Shown here piece after piece: positions 7,962 through 16,559 of a stretch of DNA of 26,487 nucleotides. The notes below the pieces were generated by a model, which worked only from the letters and a program-made list of their open reading frames with translations, did no database searches and was not told the origin of the DNA. Origin of the DNA: an uncultured bacterium (lineage in GTDB: Bacteria; Abyssobacteria; SURF-5); the NCBI GenBank assembly GCA_964607485.1, contig CAZSKP010000053.1, positions 1 through 26,487 of the forward strand, given 5' to 3'. Position 1 is the stretch's first letter. Every line of letters starts with the position of its first letter. The position numbers and the translations under genes were made by a program.

Positions 7962-10892
7962 TCACACACTCTCCACAGCGACGGCGTCGGGATGATAGAT
8001 TCGCTTGAGATAGACTATAGACGGCTGGGTGTTCAGCTCGGCGAAGATGGTGTACCCTCGCGGGTCGTCGAGCAGCTTCGACACGCGGCTCGTCGCGTCG
8101 TTCAAATCGCCGAAATGGATCGCTCCGGTGGGACAGCTCTGGGCGCACGCCGGAATAATCTCGCCGTCCCGCAACGCGCGCTCTTCATCCTTGGCGATCT
8201 CCTTGTGCTCTCGGATACGCTGCACGCAGAAGGTGCATTTCTCCATAATGCCGCGGGTTCGAATCGATATGTCAGGATTGAACTGCCTGTCGAGGGGCGG
8301 CTCGGCTTTGTATGTGTACCAGTTGAATCGGCGCACCTTGTAGGGGCAGTTGTTCGCGCAATATCTGGTTCCGACGCACCGGTTGTACACCTGCACGTTG
8401 AGGCCCTCGCTGCTGTGCACCGCGGCATACACCGGGCAGACGGTCTCGCACGGGGCGTGCTCGCATTGCTGGCACAGCATCGGAAGAAACACGATGCGCC
8501 CCCTGTCGATGAACCTCTCGATGCGCAGCCACGACATCTCCCGGCCAATCAGACACTGCTGCTTGCCCACGACCGGCACGTTGTTCTCCGCCTGACAGGC
8601 GACCGCGCACGCGCCGCAGCCGATACAGGCCGAGAGGTCGATCGCCATCGTCCAATCATGCACGGGATGCTCGTGTTTCGGGTAAAGGTCAACATGACGT
8701 TCAACGGCGCGCTCATCGCGTTCCGCCGTCGGCTTGCCAAGTTCGTTGAGGGCCACAGCCCGGGCTATGCGGCGGTGGTCTTGAAGGTCGTAGCCCTGCA
8801 TGCGGGCCAGCCTGGTCCGTCCCACGACCTCCTTGAAGGTCACCGTCGTACCCATCCACGACAGCGCGCCCGACTTTTCGTCCACGGCGCCTTTCAGTCG
8901 GTGCAGGGGATGACTGTCGGCGGCATAGTGAAACGGAGCGTACGCATCGCTCGGCGCGCCCAGCGGCACGGCGACGACCGCATCGTTTGTGCCGGCCTGC
9001 ACGTACACGGGCGTCTCAATCGTGCTTTCGCCGCATGCAAGCCGGACCACGTCGCCGGAGCGGCACTTCCATTTCCTGGCTGTCGCGGGTGAGATGCAGG
9101 CGGGCGTGTCCCACACGATCGTGGTGACGGGGTCGGGAAGCTCGTACAGCCATGGCCTGCCCGTCTGGCGTCCGTCCCCGTAACGCACGGTCGTGATGGG
9201 CAGGAGGGCCTGCTGACCGGCGTCCGAAATTATCGGCTGCACTCCTTTGAGCGCCTCGGCGGCTTTCGCGTTGAGACCGACTTTCTGCGGCACAGGCTCC
9301 AGCCAGCATCCACCTGTGGCGAGAACCCCGCGCCAGAAATCCTCGAAGGAGTCCGAGATAGAAGCGCTCTGTCGAATCTTCTCCCATCTGTCGTGAAGAA
9401 ATTCTTCGTAATCCGAGGCCGACTCGCCCGACGTACCCGACAGGACGAACAGGATGTCGAGCAACACCTGTCCCGAGCCGCGCGAGTCGTACAACGGCTC
9501 GACGACAGGCTGTTGCACGCAGTTCAGCCCGCTGCGGGGTTCCAGCCAATCCCAACGCTCGAGCCAATGGTGAACGGGCAACGCGACGTCGTACAACTCA
9601 GACGCATCGTCGCGCACCGAGGCAAGCTGCACCTTGAGCGGCACACGTTTCAGCGCCGCCCTCCAGCGGTCGGGCTGTGGGAACGTAAACTCCGGGTTAG
9701 TCTCGTGCACGATCAGCGCCCCGACTCGTCCCGCCTCCATGTCCTCGACAAGTTGGAGCAATTCCGTGTATGTTCCCGTCGGAGCGTTCTCGACGCGGTC
9801 AAACGTCAGCGTTTTGCCGTAGCCCCCCGCGACAACGTTTATGAGGTTTACCGCCACCTGAATCGCCGTCGCGTTTTCGGTCCGAGAGGTCGGCCCGCCG
9901 GCGACGGCGAGGCTAGGCGTCTGCGTCCGCAACCTATCGGCAACCACCTTTATCGCCTCGGGTGGGATACCGCTCGCCTCGGCCGCCTGCTCGACGCTGA
10001 ACGGCTCCAGTGCGAGGCGCCACGCCTGCAATTGCTCGGGTGGCAGTGCCCCGTCGGTCAGCATCAGCGACGCTATCGCCATCGCGACCAGTGTTTCGGC
10101 TCCGGGCGGACATGAGTATCTGTCGTCGGCATTGGCGCCGGTGAGCGACAGGTGCGACTCGAATTGGACGAGCCTGCTCATGGAATCGGGCCGCCGGGAG
10201 GCGGCGAAGCCGTGTGCGTTGCTGACCGGTGAGAGCCATGTCTCGAACATGTCCGCGCCGAACGAGACAATGGTACGGGACTGGTCGATTGCATACGTCG
10301 GCACGGCGTCGATTCCGAAACACAGCCTGTTGGCCTCGGCCATGGGCGCGTAATCGAGCGGCTCGTGCACGACCACGCTCAGGCGCGGCAGCCGGGCCTT
10401 GTGCCCATCCAGCACGGCGCGCAGACCGCCGGTGACATGACTGGTGACGACGGCGATTTTCTCCGAAGACGCGGGCGCCGCCGTCCGCAGCCGCTCGATT
10501 TGCTGAATCGCACTCGACCAGTCGGTCGGCTCGAGCCGGCCGTCGCTGTTTCGTCGCAGAGGTGAGCGTATCCTGGCGGGGCTGTACAAAGCCTGGAGCG
10601 CCGATTGGCCGCGCGTACACAGTCCGCCGTGATTGATCGGATGCAGCTCGTTGCCCTCGATTTTGACCGCGTTGCCTTCGCGCACGCGCACTTTCACGCC
10701 GCAGCCTGCGGGACATTCGCCGCACGTCGAATACAGCCAATATGACACGCCGGGGATAATCTCGTCGTCGGGTATCAGCTTCTTGAGTATCACACCGGTG
10801 CGCGACCGCCCGAGCGGCAGCAGCGCTCCGGCGCCCACAAGCCCCGTGTGTTTGAGAAAACTTCTCCGGCTCAGCTTATCCATTTCGGTCAT
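7962..10892 (-). CDS. actB: ACIII subunit B: Tat-exported molybdopterin-oxidoreductase-like domain fused to a multi-Fe-S domain
   Basis: Tat motif SRRSFLK; CGECPAGC...C; DMSO-reductase-family fold motifs (KIEGNELHP, SFGADMFETW). C-terminal CIGCGACAVAC, CQQCEHAPCETVCP, CVGTRYCANNCP and CTFC...CAQSCP. Confidence 0.93.
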   Translation of the reverse strand: MTEMDKLSRRSFLKHTGLVGAGALLPLGRSRTGVILKKLIPDDEIIPGVSYWLYSTCGECPAGCGVKVRVREGNAVKIEGNELHPINHGGLCTRGQSALQALYSPARIRSPLRRNSDGRLEPTDWSSAIQQIERLRTAAPASSEKIAVVTSHVTGGLRAVLDGHKARLPRLSVVVHEPLDYAPMAEANRLCFGIDAVPTYAIDQSRTIVSFGADMFETWLSPVSNAHGFAASRRPDSMSRLVQFESHLSLTGANADDRYSCPPGAETLVAMAIASLMLTDGALPPEQLQAWRLALEPFSVEQAAEASGIPPEAIKVVADRLRTQTPSLAVAGGPTSRTENATAIQVAVNLINVVAGGYGKTLTFDRVENAPTGTYTELLQLVEDMEAGRVGALIVHETNPEFTFPQPDRWRAALKRVPLKVQLASVRDDASELYDVALPVHHWLERWDWLEPRSGLNCVQQPVVEPLYDSRGSGQVLLDILFVLSGTSGESASDYEEFLHDRWEKIRQSASISDSFEDFWRGVLATGGCWLEPVPQKVGLNAKAAEALKGVQPIISDAGQQALLPITTVRYGDGRQTGRPWLYELPDPVTTIVWDTPACISPATARKWKCRSGDVVRLACGESTIETPVYVQAGTNDAVVAVPLGAPSDAYAPFHYAADSHPLHRLKGAVDEKSGALSWMGTTVTFKEVVGRTRLARMQGYDLQDHRRIARAVALNELGKPTAERDERAVERHVDLYPKHEHPVHDWTMAIDLSACIGCGACAVACQAENNVPVVGKQQCLIGREMSWLRIERFIDRGRIVFLPMLCQQCEHAPCETVCPVYAAVHSSEGLNVQVYNRCVGTRYCANNCPYKVRRFNWYTYKAEPPLDRQFNPDISIRTRGIMEKCTFCVQRIREHKEIAKDEERALRDGEIIPACAQSCPTGAIHFGDLNDATSRVSKLLDDPRGYTIFAELNTQPSIVYLKRIYHPDAVAVESV

Positions 10893-10905
10893 CGTCCGTG
10901 AGGCT

Positions 10906-11415
10906 CTACTTGTGGCACGTGACGCACTCTCGCGACGCGCCTCTGCTGTTGTGACATTCGAGACACCATCCCATGCCGAGGTCGGTGACGCGCTGCACGG
11001 TGGTCATCAGTTCGACCGGCCCGTGACACTCCTGACACTTTACGCCGCTCAGCACGTGCCGCTTGTGCGTGAAATACACGTGCGGCTTGACTCGATACAC
11101 CCGCACCCATTTTATGGGCTCACCTGCCTTGTACATCGCCGCAAGCTTGACCACCTCGGGCTTATCCGTGGCGACGCCCGCGTGGCATGCCATGCAGAAA
11201 TCCGCATGGGGAAGGCCCGCATGAATCGACTTCTCAGCGTACTGATGGCAGTCCGTGCATTCCATGCCTATCCTTGTCACGTGGATGAAATGCGGAAACT
11301 CGATGGGCTGCGCCGGGCGCATGGAGGGCCTCTGCCTGAGACCGAGGGCGACAACCAGCGCCGCCACAGCGGCGAACCACGCCGCCACCATCCCGAAGAT
11401 CGCCACGGTCTTCAC
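10906..11415 (-). CDS. actA: ACIII subunit A: membrane-anchored pentaheme cytochrome c
   Basis: One N-terminal TM helix, QPIEFPHFIH, and five CxxCH motifs (CTDCH, CMACH, CQECH, CLECH, CVTCH), plus VYFTHKRH and MGWCLECH. Confidence 0.93.
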   Translation of the reverse strand: MKTVAIFGMVAAWFAAVAALVVALGLRQRPSMRPAQPIEFPHFIHVTRIGMECTDCHQYAEKSIHAGLPHADFCMACHAGVATDKPEVVKLAAMYKAGEPIKWVRVYRVKPHVYFTHKRHVLSGVKCQECHGPVELMTTVQRVTDLGMGWCLECHNSRGASRECVTCHK

Positions 11416-11418
11416 AGT

Positions 11419-12677
11419 CTATTGGCTCCCGCTCAGAATATATCCGACGATTTTTTCGGCCTCTTCCCTGTCTATCGGAGGCTTCGGCATGTTGGGAAGC
11501 TCGGGGTTCACCTTCGTGGGATTGAGGACGAACTCCGTCATCTGCTCCGGCTTGCCGCCGTATTTCTGCGTCATATACTCAACGGGCGGGCCGACCAGCG
11601 TGCTCCCGCGCGTATGACAGCCCGTGCAATAGCGCTTGAACAATTCCTCTCCGGTCAGCGTCACACTGCCTTCAGGCGTGTGCGTTTGGAGGAACGACGC
11701 AAGCGACGCCCGGTATTCCTGCGTCCGCCGCTCGGCTACCTTCTGGGGTTCGCGCAACAGGTTCTCCCGCACGATGTGTCTGATGGTGCTCATCAAGAGA
11801 GCAATGACGCCGAGCAGCACGACCGCCGTCACGATGGACGCTCCCGACGTCTTTTGCAGCGCGCGTATCAAGACCATGCACACCAGGGCTATCAGCGCCA
11901 GAGCCGCGCCGATGTGAATGAGCAGGACGGTTGAATATGACCCCGCGGGCAGCGAGACGAAGTTCAGCGTCCCGAATATCCCCTGCAGGAGCGTCGCCGT
12001 CAGGGCCCATTTCAATCCCAGCCGCTGCGCCCGCATGTAGAATGGATCGTCGGATTTCCTTCCGCGAAATATATCGCGGCGAAGAACCCGATCATCGCAA
12101 ACACCGCCACCATGAAGTGCATGTACCTAAAGAGCACGTTTGGCAGGAGCAGCGCCCGGATGAACCCATGCGTTGTATCCCATCGGAACGGGAGCAGCAT
12201 CAGATTGATGTTGGTCAGGAAAATCAGCGGCACGACCGTAAAGATCGCGCAGCCCAGCGCTCCGAATGAGAGGTGCACGAACGGCCGGTCAGCGAGGGCG
12301 TCCCACGTGTATTTGTACGCATACAGCGCGAGGAACGCAACTATCACCAGCCAGATAATCGACAGAAACGCGGAGAAGGTCATGATGTTGGCGGTGTACC
12401 AGTAACGCGTATATGCCAGGCCTATCAAGAGCAGCGGCGCCACTCCCAACACCACCGCGAGGCTCTTGTTGACCGTCACCGTGGAGAGCGTTTCCCTCGC
12501 AAGACGCTCATAGAAAGGGTCTTCCCTGCCGAGCAGCTTGAAAATCACACTCCAATAAGCCCCGCCGACCATCATGCCCACAAATAGGATGTGCACGATG
12601 AACGTGACCACCAGAAGCAGTTTGAGCGCCCCCTCGGGCCCCGGCAAAGGAAGCGGTATGTCTATCGGAATGCTCAT
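11419..12677 (-). CDS. CydA-like membrane protein with C-terminal class I cytochrome c; one gene interrupted by a 1-nt frameshift near 12066 (track ORFs 12012..12677 and 11419..12036)
   Basis: 5' part: TFIVHILFVGMMVGG, SLAVVLGVAPLL, RYMHFMVAV. 3' part: TM helices, then GEELFKRYCTGCH...VGP...NMP. Frames join as AAIYF|RGRKSDDPFYMRAQRLGLKW if one base is restored. Confidence 0.75.
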
Positions 12678-13981
12678 TGTTGTGCCGCTACTCCTTCGGC
12701 CAGAAACTTCGCCAGCGCCTCTTTCTCATCCTGCGTGCCCGCAAACGGCGGCATATACGGGTGGGAAAACTGATAAGTGTCGAGAAAGGTCAGAGCCGCT
12801 TCCTCGCTGGACAGGATTGGCCGTTTATTGAATATTCCGTTGACGCCCCGGTATGTGTGACACGCCGAGCATTCGAGGCGGAACAGCATGTGGCCAAGGG
12901 CGCCTTCGCCGCCCTTCGGGTCGAGTCCCCGCCAGGCCCACGTGGAGTATCGCTCCGCTCCGGTGTCTGAGATGAACGGCAGCTCCGCCTCCCGGAAGCC
13001 ATTGCTGTACAAATAGTTATTTATCACGTACGGCTTACGCGAGAATTCGCGGACCCGCTCAAACTGGGCGACGGCGAGAATCAGCGTAAGAATCGGCACT
13101 ACCGACAGGATGCCGTACGTCTTCCGCCTGAAGAACAACACCGCCCCGACGGCCAGCATCACCCCGACAACCGCGAAAAAGAAAACCTTGCTCCACTCGG
13201 CGTATTGTGTCAACTGGAGCGTGACGAGCGCGACCGATATGAATTTCTCCGCGCTTGCCGGCAGGGCCCGGTAGTATGCGTAGGTCGCGAAAAGGTAGAT
13301 GGGACTCGCGATGAGGAGGTACAAGCCCGTAAACCTCAGGAACCGCTCGCGCACGTCGCGCATATTGCGCATAAACGCAAAAATGAACAAACTGAATGCG
13401 CAGGCCAGAAGCCCCGCCAGTGCCGCTCTGCTGAAAAATTGCGGGAAATATGTGGGGTTGAAGAATGCGTCCCAGAACGACCGGCTGCTTATCCACTTGC
13501 CGGGCGTGAGCTGGAATCCCAGAATGCCCACTATGATCACGAGCGTCTGGAGCGACGCCGCGAGATAAACGATGCCGAGCTTCAGATGTTTGCCGGGCGA
13601 CATCCGATGCCACGACAGGTAGTAAACAGAGACGAGCCCTATCTCGGTCATAAAAATGACCCACTCAACAAACCAGGCCCAGAAGAACACCCGCAGGAGC
13701 GACCCGATGCCCACGGGAGAGAACATGTTGGTGGTGAACCAGATTCCCACACCGGTCAGCGCTCCGATGGAGGTGGTCAGGACAAAGAACCAGCGCGCCA
13801 GCCGATATGCCACTTCGTTCAGACGTTCGTCTGCCTCACGGATGGATTTGTATTCGAGCAGGACAAGAAAGAGGGATCCGCCGACGGCGCAGCCGTGGCT
13901 GATGAGCACGTGGATAACGCCGACAATCGCAATGAGCAACCGGCTGCCTATCAGAGGCACTTCAGCAATTGGGAAGTCCAA
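12674..13981 (-). CDS. Cytochrome bd subunit I (CydA)-like protein fused to a C-terminal cytochrome c
   Basis: IHVLISH; GALTGVGIWF (cf. CydA GVATG); WFVEWVIFMTE (two Glu of the CydA channel); FQLTPGKW...AFFNP; ERVREFSRKPYVI (cf. E.GRQPW); CSACH...YMPPF. TTG start with GAGGAG RBS. Confidence 0.85.
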   Translation of the reverse strand: MDFPIAEVPLIGSRLLIAIVGVIHVLISHGCAVGGSLFLVLLEYKSIREADERLNEVAYRLARWFFVLTTSIGALTGVGIWFTTNMFSPVGIGSLLRVFFWAWFVEWVIFMTEIGLVSVYYLSWHRMSPGKHLKLGIVYLAASLQTLVIIVGILGFQLTPGKWISSRSFWDAFFNPTYFPQFFSRAALAGLLACAFSLFIFAFMRNMRDVRERFLRFTGLYLLIASPIYLFATYAYYRALPASAEKFISVALVTLQLTQYAEWSKVFFFAVVGVMLAVGAVLFFRRKTYGILSVVPILTLILAVAQFERVREFSRKPYVINNYLYSNGFREAELPFISDTGAERYSTWAWRGLDPKGGEGALGHMLFRLECSACHTYRGVNGIFNKRPILSSEEAALTFLDTYQFSHPYMPPFAGTQDEKEALAKFLAEGVAAQQ

Positions 13982-14118
13982 ACAGAGTTCTCCTCCGCCT
14001 CACAGTTCCGACACTTGGACCGCTGACATCCGCCGGCCAATCTCGCCCATGAGTTCACAAAGCCATGAGAAACGGCTCGCGTCCACTCTTTTGGAAAATG
14101 CAGAAAAGGGGTTTTTAT

Positions 14119-14147
14119 ATTATAATCGCCAGCACAAGGCGATGCAA
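14119..14147 (-). promoter_or_regulatory. Sigma70-type promoter of the cydA-like/act operon
   Basis: Minus strand TTGCAT (14147-14142), 17-nt spacer, TATAAT (14124-14119). Confidence 0.7.
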
Positions 14148-14168
14148 TAGTCGATGCACATCGCTTCC

Positions 14169-14200
14169 TTGACAGCCCATCGGGGGTCAGGTAATATAAT
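14169..14200 (+). promoter_or_regulatory. Sigma70-type promoter of the mlaF cluster
   Basis: TTGACA (14169-14174), 17 nt, TAATAT (14192-14197), with an overlapping TATAAT (14195-14200). Confidence 0.7.
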
Positions 14201-14256
14201 TTGGCCGAAAACTTAACCGAAAACGATACCCGAGCGCGCGGGCAGAGGCTCCCAAC

Positions 14257-15003
14257 GTGATAGAAGTCCGTAATCTAACCTTCAGATACAACGCCCAGTT
14301 CATCCTGAACGACGTCTCATTCAGTCTGAATGAGAACGAGACCACCGTTGTCATCGGACGAAGCGGCGTCGGCAAGAGCACGCTGTTGCGCTGCATCCTC
14401 GGCCTTGTGAGGCCCGAATCGGGCAGCATACACGTCGAAGGAACCGACATCACGAAGATAAGCGAGAAGGAGTTGAACTTGATCAGACGCGACTTCGGCA
14501 TGCTCTTTCAGGGGGCCGCGCTCTTCAATTCCATGACGGTCGGGGATAACATCGCCTTCCCCATACGCCAACACCGCAACTACGATGAGGAAAAGGTTCG
14601 TTCGATAGTCCAGGAAAAGCTCAAGCTGGTCGACCTCGAGGGCTGCGAGAACATGATGCCGGCGGAGCTGAGCGGAGGCATGAAGAAGCGTGCCGGGCTT
14701 GCCAGAGCCCTGGCCCTCGATCCCAGGTGCATCTTCTTTGATGAACCCATCGCCGGCCTGGACCCCATCATCGCGAGCGGCATCGACCAGCTCATATTGA
14801 AGCTGAAGAAAGTCTCCGGCATGACCATGATGATAGTGACCCATGAGTTATTGCACGGATTCAGAGTGGCCGACAAGGTTATCATGCTCCACGAAGGCAG
14901 GATAATAGCGAAGGGCGCACCGTCAGAGATAGTACTGAGTGAAAACGGGCACGTGCAGCAGTTCTTGCGGGGCCTCCCCGACGTCGATTCGGTATCAGAA
15001 TGA
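14257..15003 (+). CDS. mlaF: MlaF/Mkl-type ABC transporter ATP-binding protein
   Basis: Walker A GRSGVGKS, GMLFQGAALFNSMTVGDNIAFP, signature LSGGMKKRAGLARA, FFDEPIAGLDP, VTHE. Confidence 0.92.
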   Translation: MIEVRNLTFRYNAQFILNDVSFSLNENETTVVIGRSGVGKSTLLRCILGLVRPESGSIHVEGTDITKISEKELNLIRRDFGMLFQGAALFNSMTVGDNIAFPIRQHRNYDEEKVRSIVQEKLKLVDLEGCENMMPAELSGGMKKRAGLARALALDPRCIFFDEPIAGLDPIIASGIDQLILKLKKVSGMTMMIVTHELLHGFRVADKVIMLHEGRIIAKGAPSEIVLSENGHVQQFLRGLPDVDSVSE

Positions 15004-16517
15004 CTATTCCCGCTTCGCCGCTCTCTCTGCCGAGAAGGTTACGCGAGGGGCGCCTCTGTCGCGGAGGCGGGCGTGGTCTGTCACGGTTGCTCGCGCTTTC
15101 TGTTGTGGCCTTTCTGCTATCGGCTTTCGGCTGCGCCACGCCGACCGGGGACAGGTCCAAGGGTATCGACCCCTGGCCGGCCTATTCTCCCTCGGGCGAA
15201 GAGCGAGCGACTCGACGGTCGGGCCTCTGGCCGTTCGTGGCCGTCGAGGAGACGCCCTCGTGGCGCCAGTTTTCTCTCAGGCCGTTTTATGTCGAGCGCG
15301 AGACGCCCGACGGCTCGGAAAAGAAGGTGCAGTTCCTATGGCCCATATACCTGTACAGGCGCTCCGACGAGGATATTACCATACGCGTGCTCCCCTTATA
15401 TACATACCGGAAGGACGTTTACGCATACAAGGACGAACGTGAAATTGATACCGAGTACATGCTGTTCCCGTTCCTGTTCGGAGGCAAATCGACCGAATAC
15501 GGAGGACATTTCGCAGTGTTTCCCGTGGCGGGAAGCCTCAAGAATTTTCTGGGTCGGGACGAAATCCGATTCTTCCTGTTCCCTCTCTACATGGAATATT
15601 CCAAGGACGAGCTTCACCAGCGAAACTATGTCTGGCCGGTGTTGTCGTTCTCGGAGGGGGGCGATTACGACGGCTTCCGCCTGTGGCCCCTGTTCGGGCA
15701 CTTTGAAAAACGCGGCGAGTATCGCAAAGAATTCTTCCTTTGGCCCATCGTTCATCACCAGACATTCGACCTCGACAAGGAAGAGAGCGGCGAACGCCTG
15801 CTCGTGTTTCCATTTTATGCCCGGGAGGACAGCTCCAGGAGACGGTATCGTTCGATTATCTGGCCGTTCTTTTCTCACGAGCAGAACTATGCGAAGAACT
15901 TTGACGAGCGCGCTATGCCCTGGCCCTTTATCGTAAGGGCGAGGGGCGAAAATATCTATAAGACGCGGTTCTGGCCGCTCTACGGCTATACGCGGACGGA
16001 GGGAAGCGAGAAGAGGTTTGTGCTGTGGCCCTTCTACTATCGCAACACCATCACTCTGGACGACGACTTGACGCGGTACGAGACGCTGCTCCTGCCCTTC
16101 CTGTCGTCGAAAACCGAAGTCTCGGAGGAACAGGGCGTTGTGAAACACAGGTTCAGGTTCTGGCCGCTCTGGCGATTCCGCCGGTTCGAGGACGGCTCGA
16201 CGTATTTGAGGATGCTCTCGCTCTTGTGGTTCGACGACGAGCAGGGATTCGAGCGGCAATACTCCCCGCTGTGGACGATATATGAACGCGGTACCAGCCC
16301 CGACGGCTCAGGCCACACGTATGCGCTCTGGCGGCTGTTTCGCCAGCGGCATACCGCCACGGGCTCCGAGGCTCACATCCCGCTCCTGTTCTCTCACATC
16401 GAGGACATGGAGCAGGACTCGGAAGAGACGAGAATACTCGGAGGACTGCTTGGAACCAGCCGCGAGGGAGACGAACGCAGGCTTAGGCTGCTGTTTTTCT
16501 TGGATATCCCGTACTGA
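15000..16517 (+). CDS. Putative lipoprotein of unknown function built from aromatic (W/F/L)P repeats
   Basis: ATGA overlap with mlaF. Hydrophobic stretch ending in LSAFGC (Cys45). About 18 recurrences of hydrophobic-(W/F/L)-P-hydrophobic-aromatic, roughly every 17-25 aa. Confidence 0.8.
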   Translation: MTIPASPLSLPRRLREGRLCRGGGRGLSRLLALSVVAFLLSAFGCATPTGDRSKGIDPWPAYSPSGEERATRRSGLWPFVAVEETPSWRQFSLRPFYVERETPDGSEKKVQFLWPIYLYRRSDEDITIRVLPLYTYRKDVYAYKDEREIDTEYMLFPFLFGGKSTEYGGHFAVFPVAGSLKNFLGRDEIRFFLFPLYMEYSKDELHQRNYVWPVLSFSEGGDYDGFRLWPLFGHFEKRGEYRKEFFLWPIVHHQTFDLDKEESGERLLVFPFYAREDSSRRRYRSIIWPFFSHEQNYAKNFDERAMPWPFIVRARGENIYKTRFWPLYGYTRTEGSEKRFVLWPFYYRNTITLDDDLTRYETLLLPFLSSKTEVSEEQGVVKHRFRFWPLWRFRRFEDGSTYLRMLSLLWFDDEQGFERQYSPLWTIYERGTSPDGSGHTYALWRLFRQRHTATGSEAHIPLLFSHIEDMEQDSEETRILGGLLGTSREGDERRLRLLFFLDIPY

Positions 16518-16559
16518 AAACATTGCAGGGGCGTGGCGAGCGGGTACGGAGGATAACGC

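Noticed and set aside
14111-14126. AT-rich TTTTTATATTATAAT as a PerR/Fur box
   Set aside because: Only one half-site matches, and it is already explained by the -10 element.
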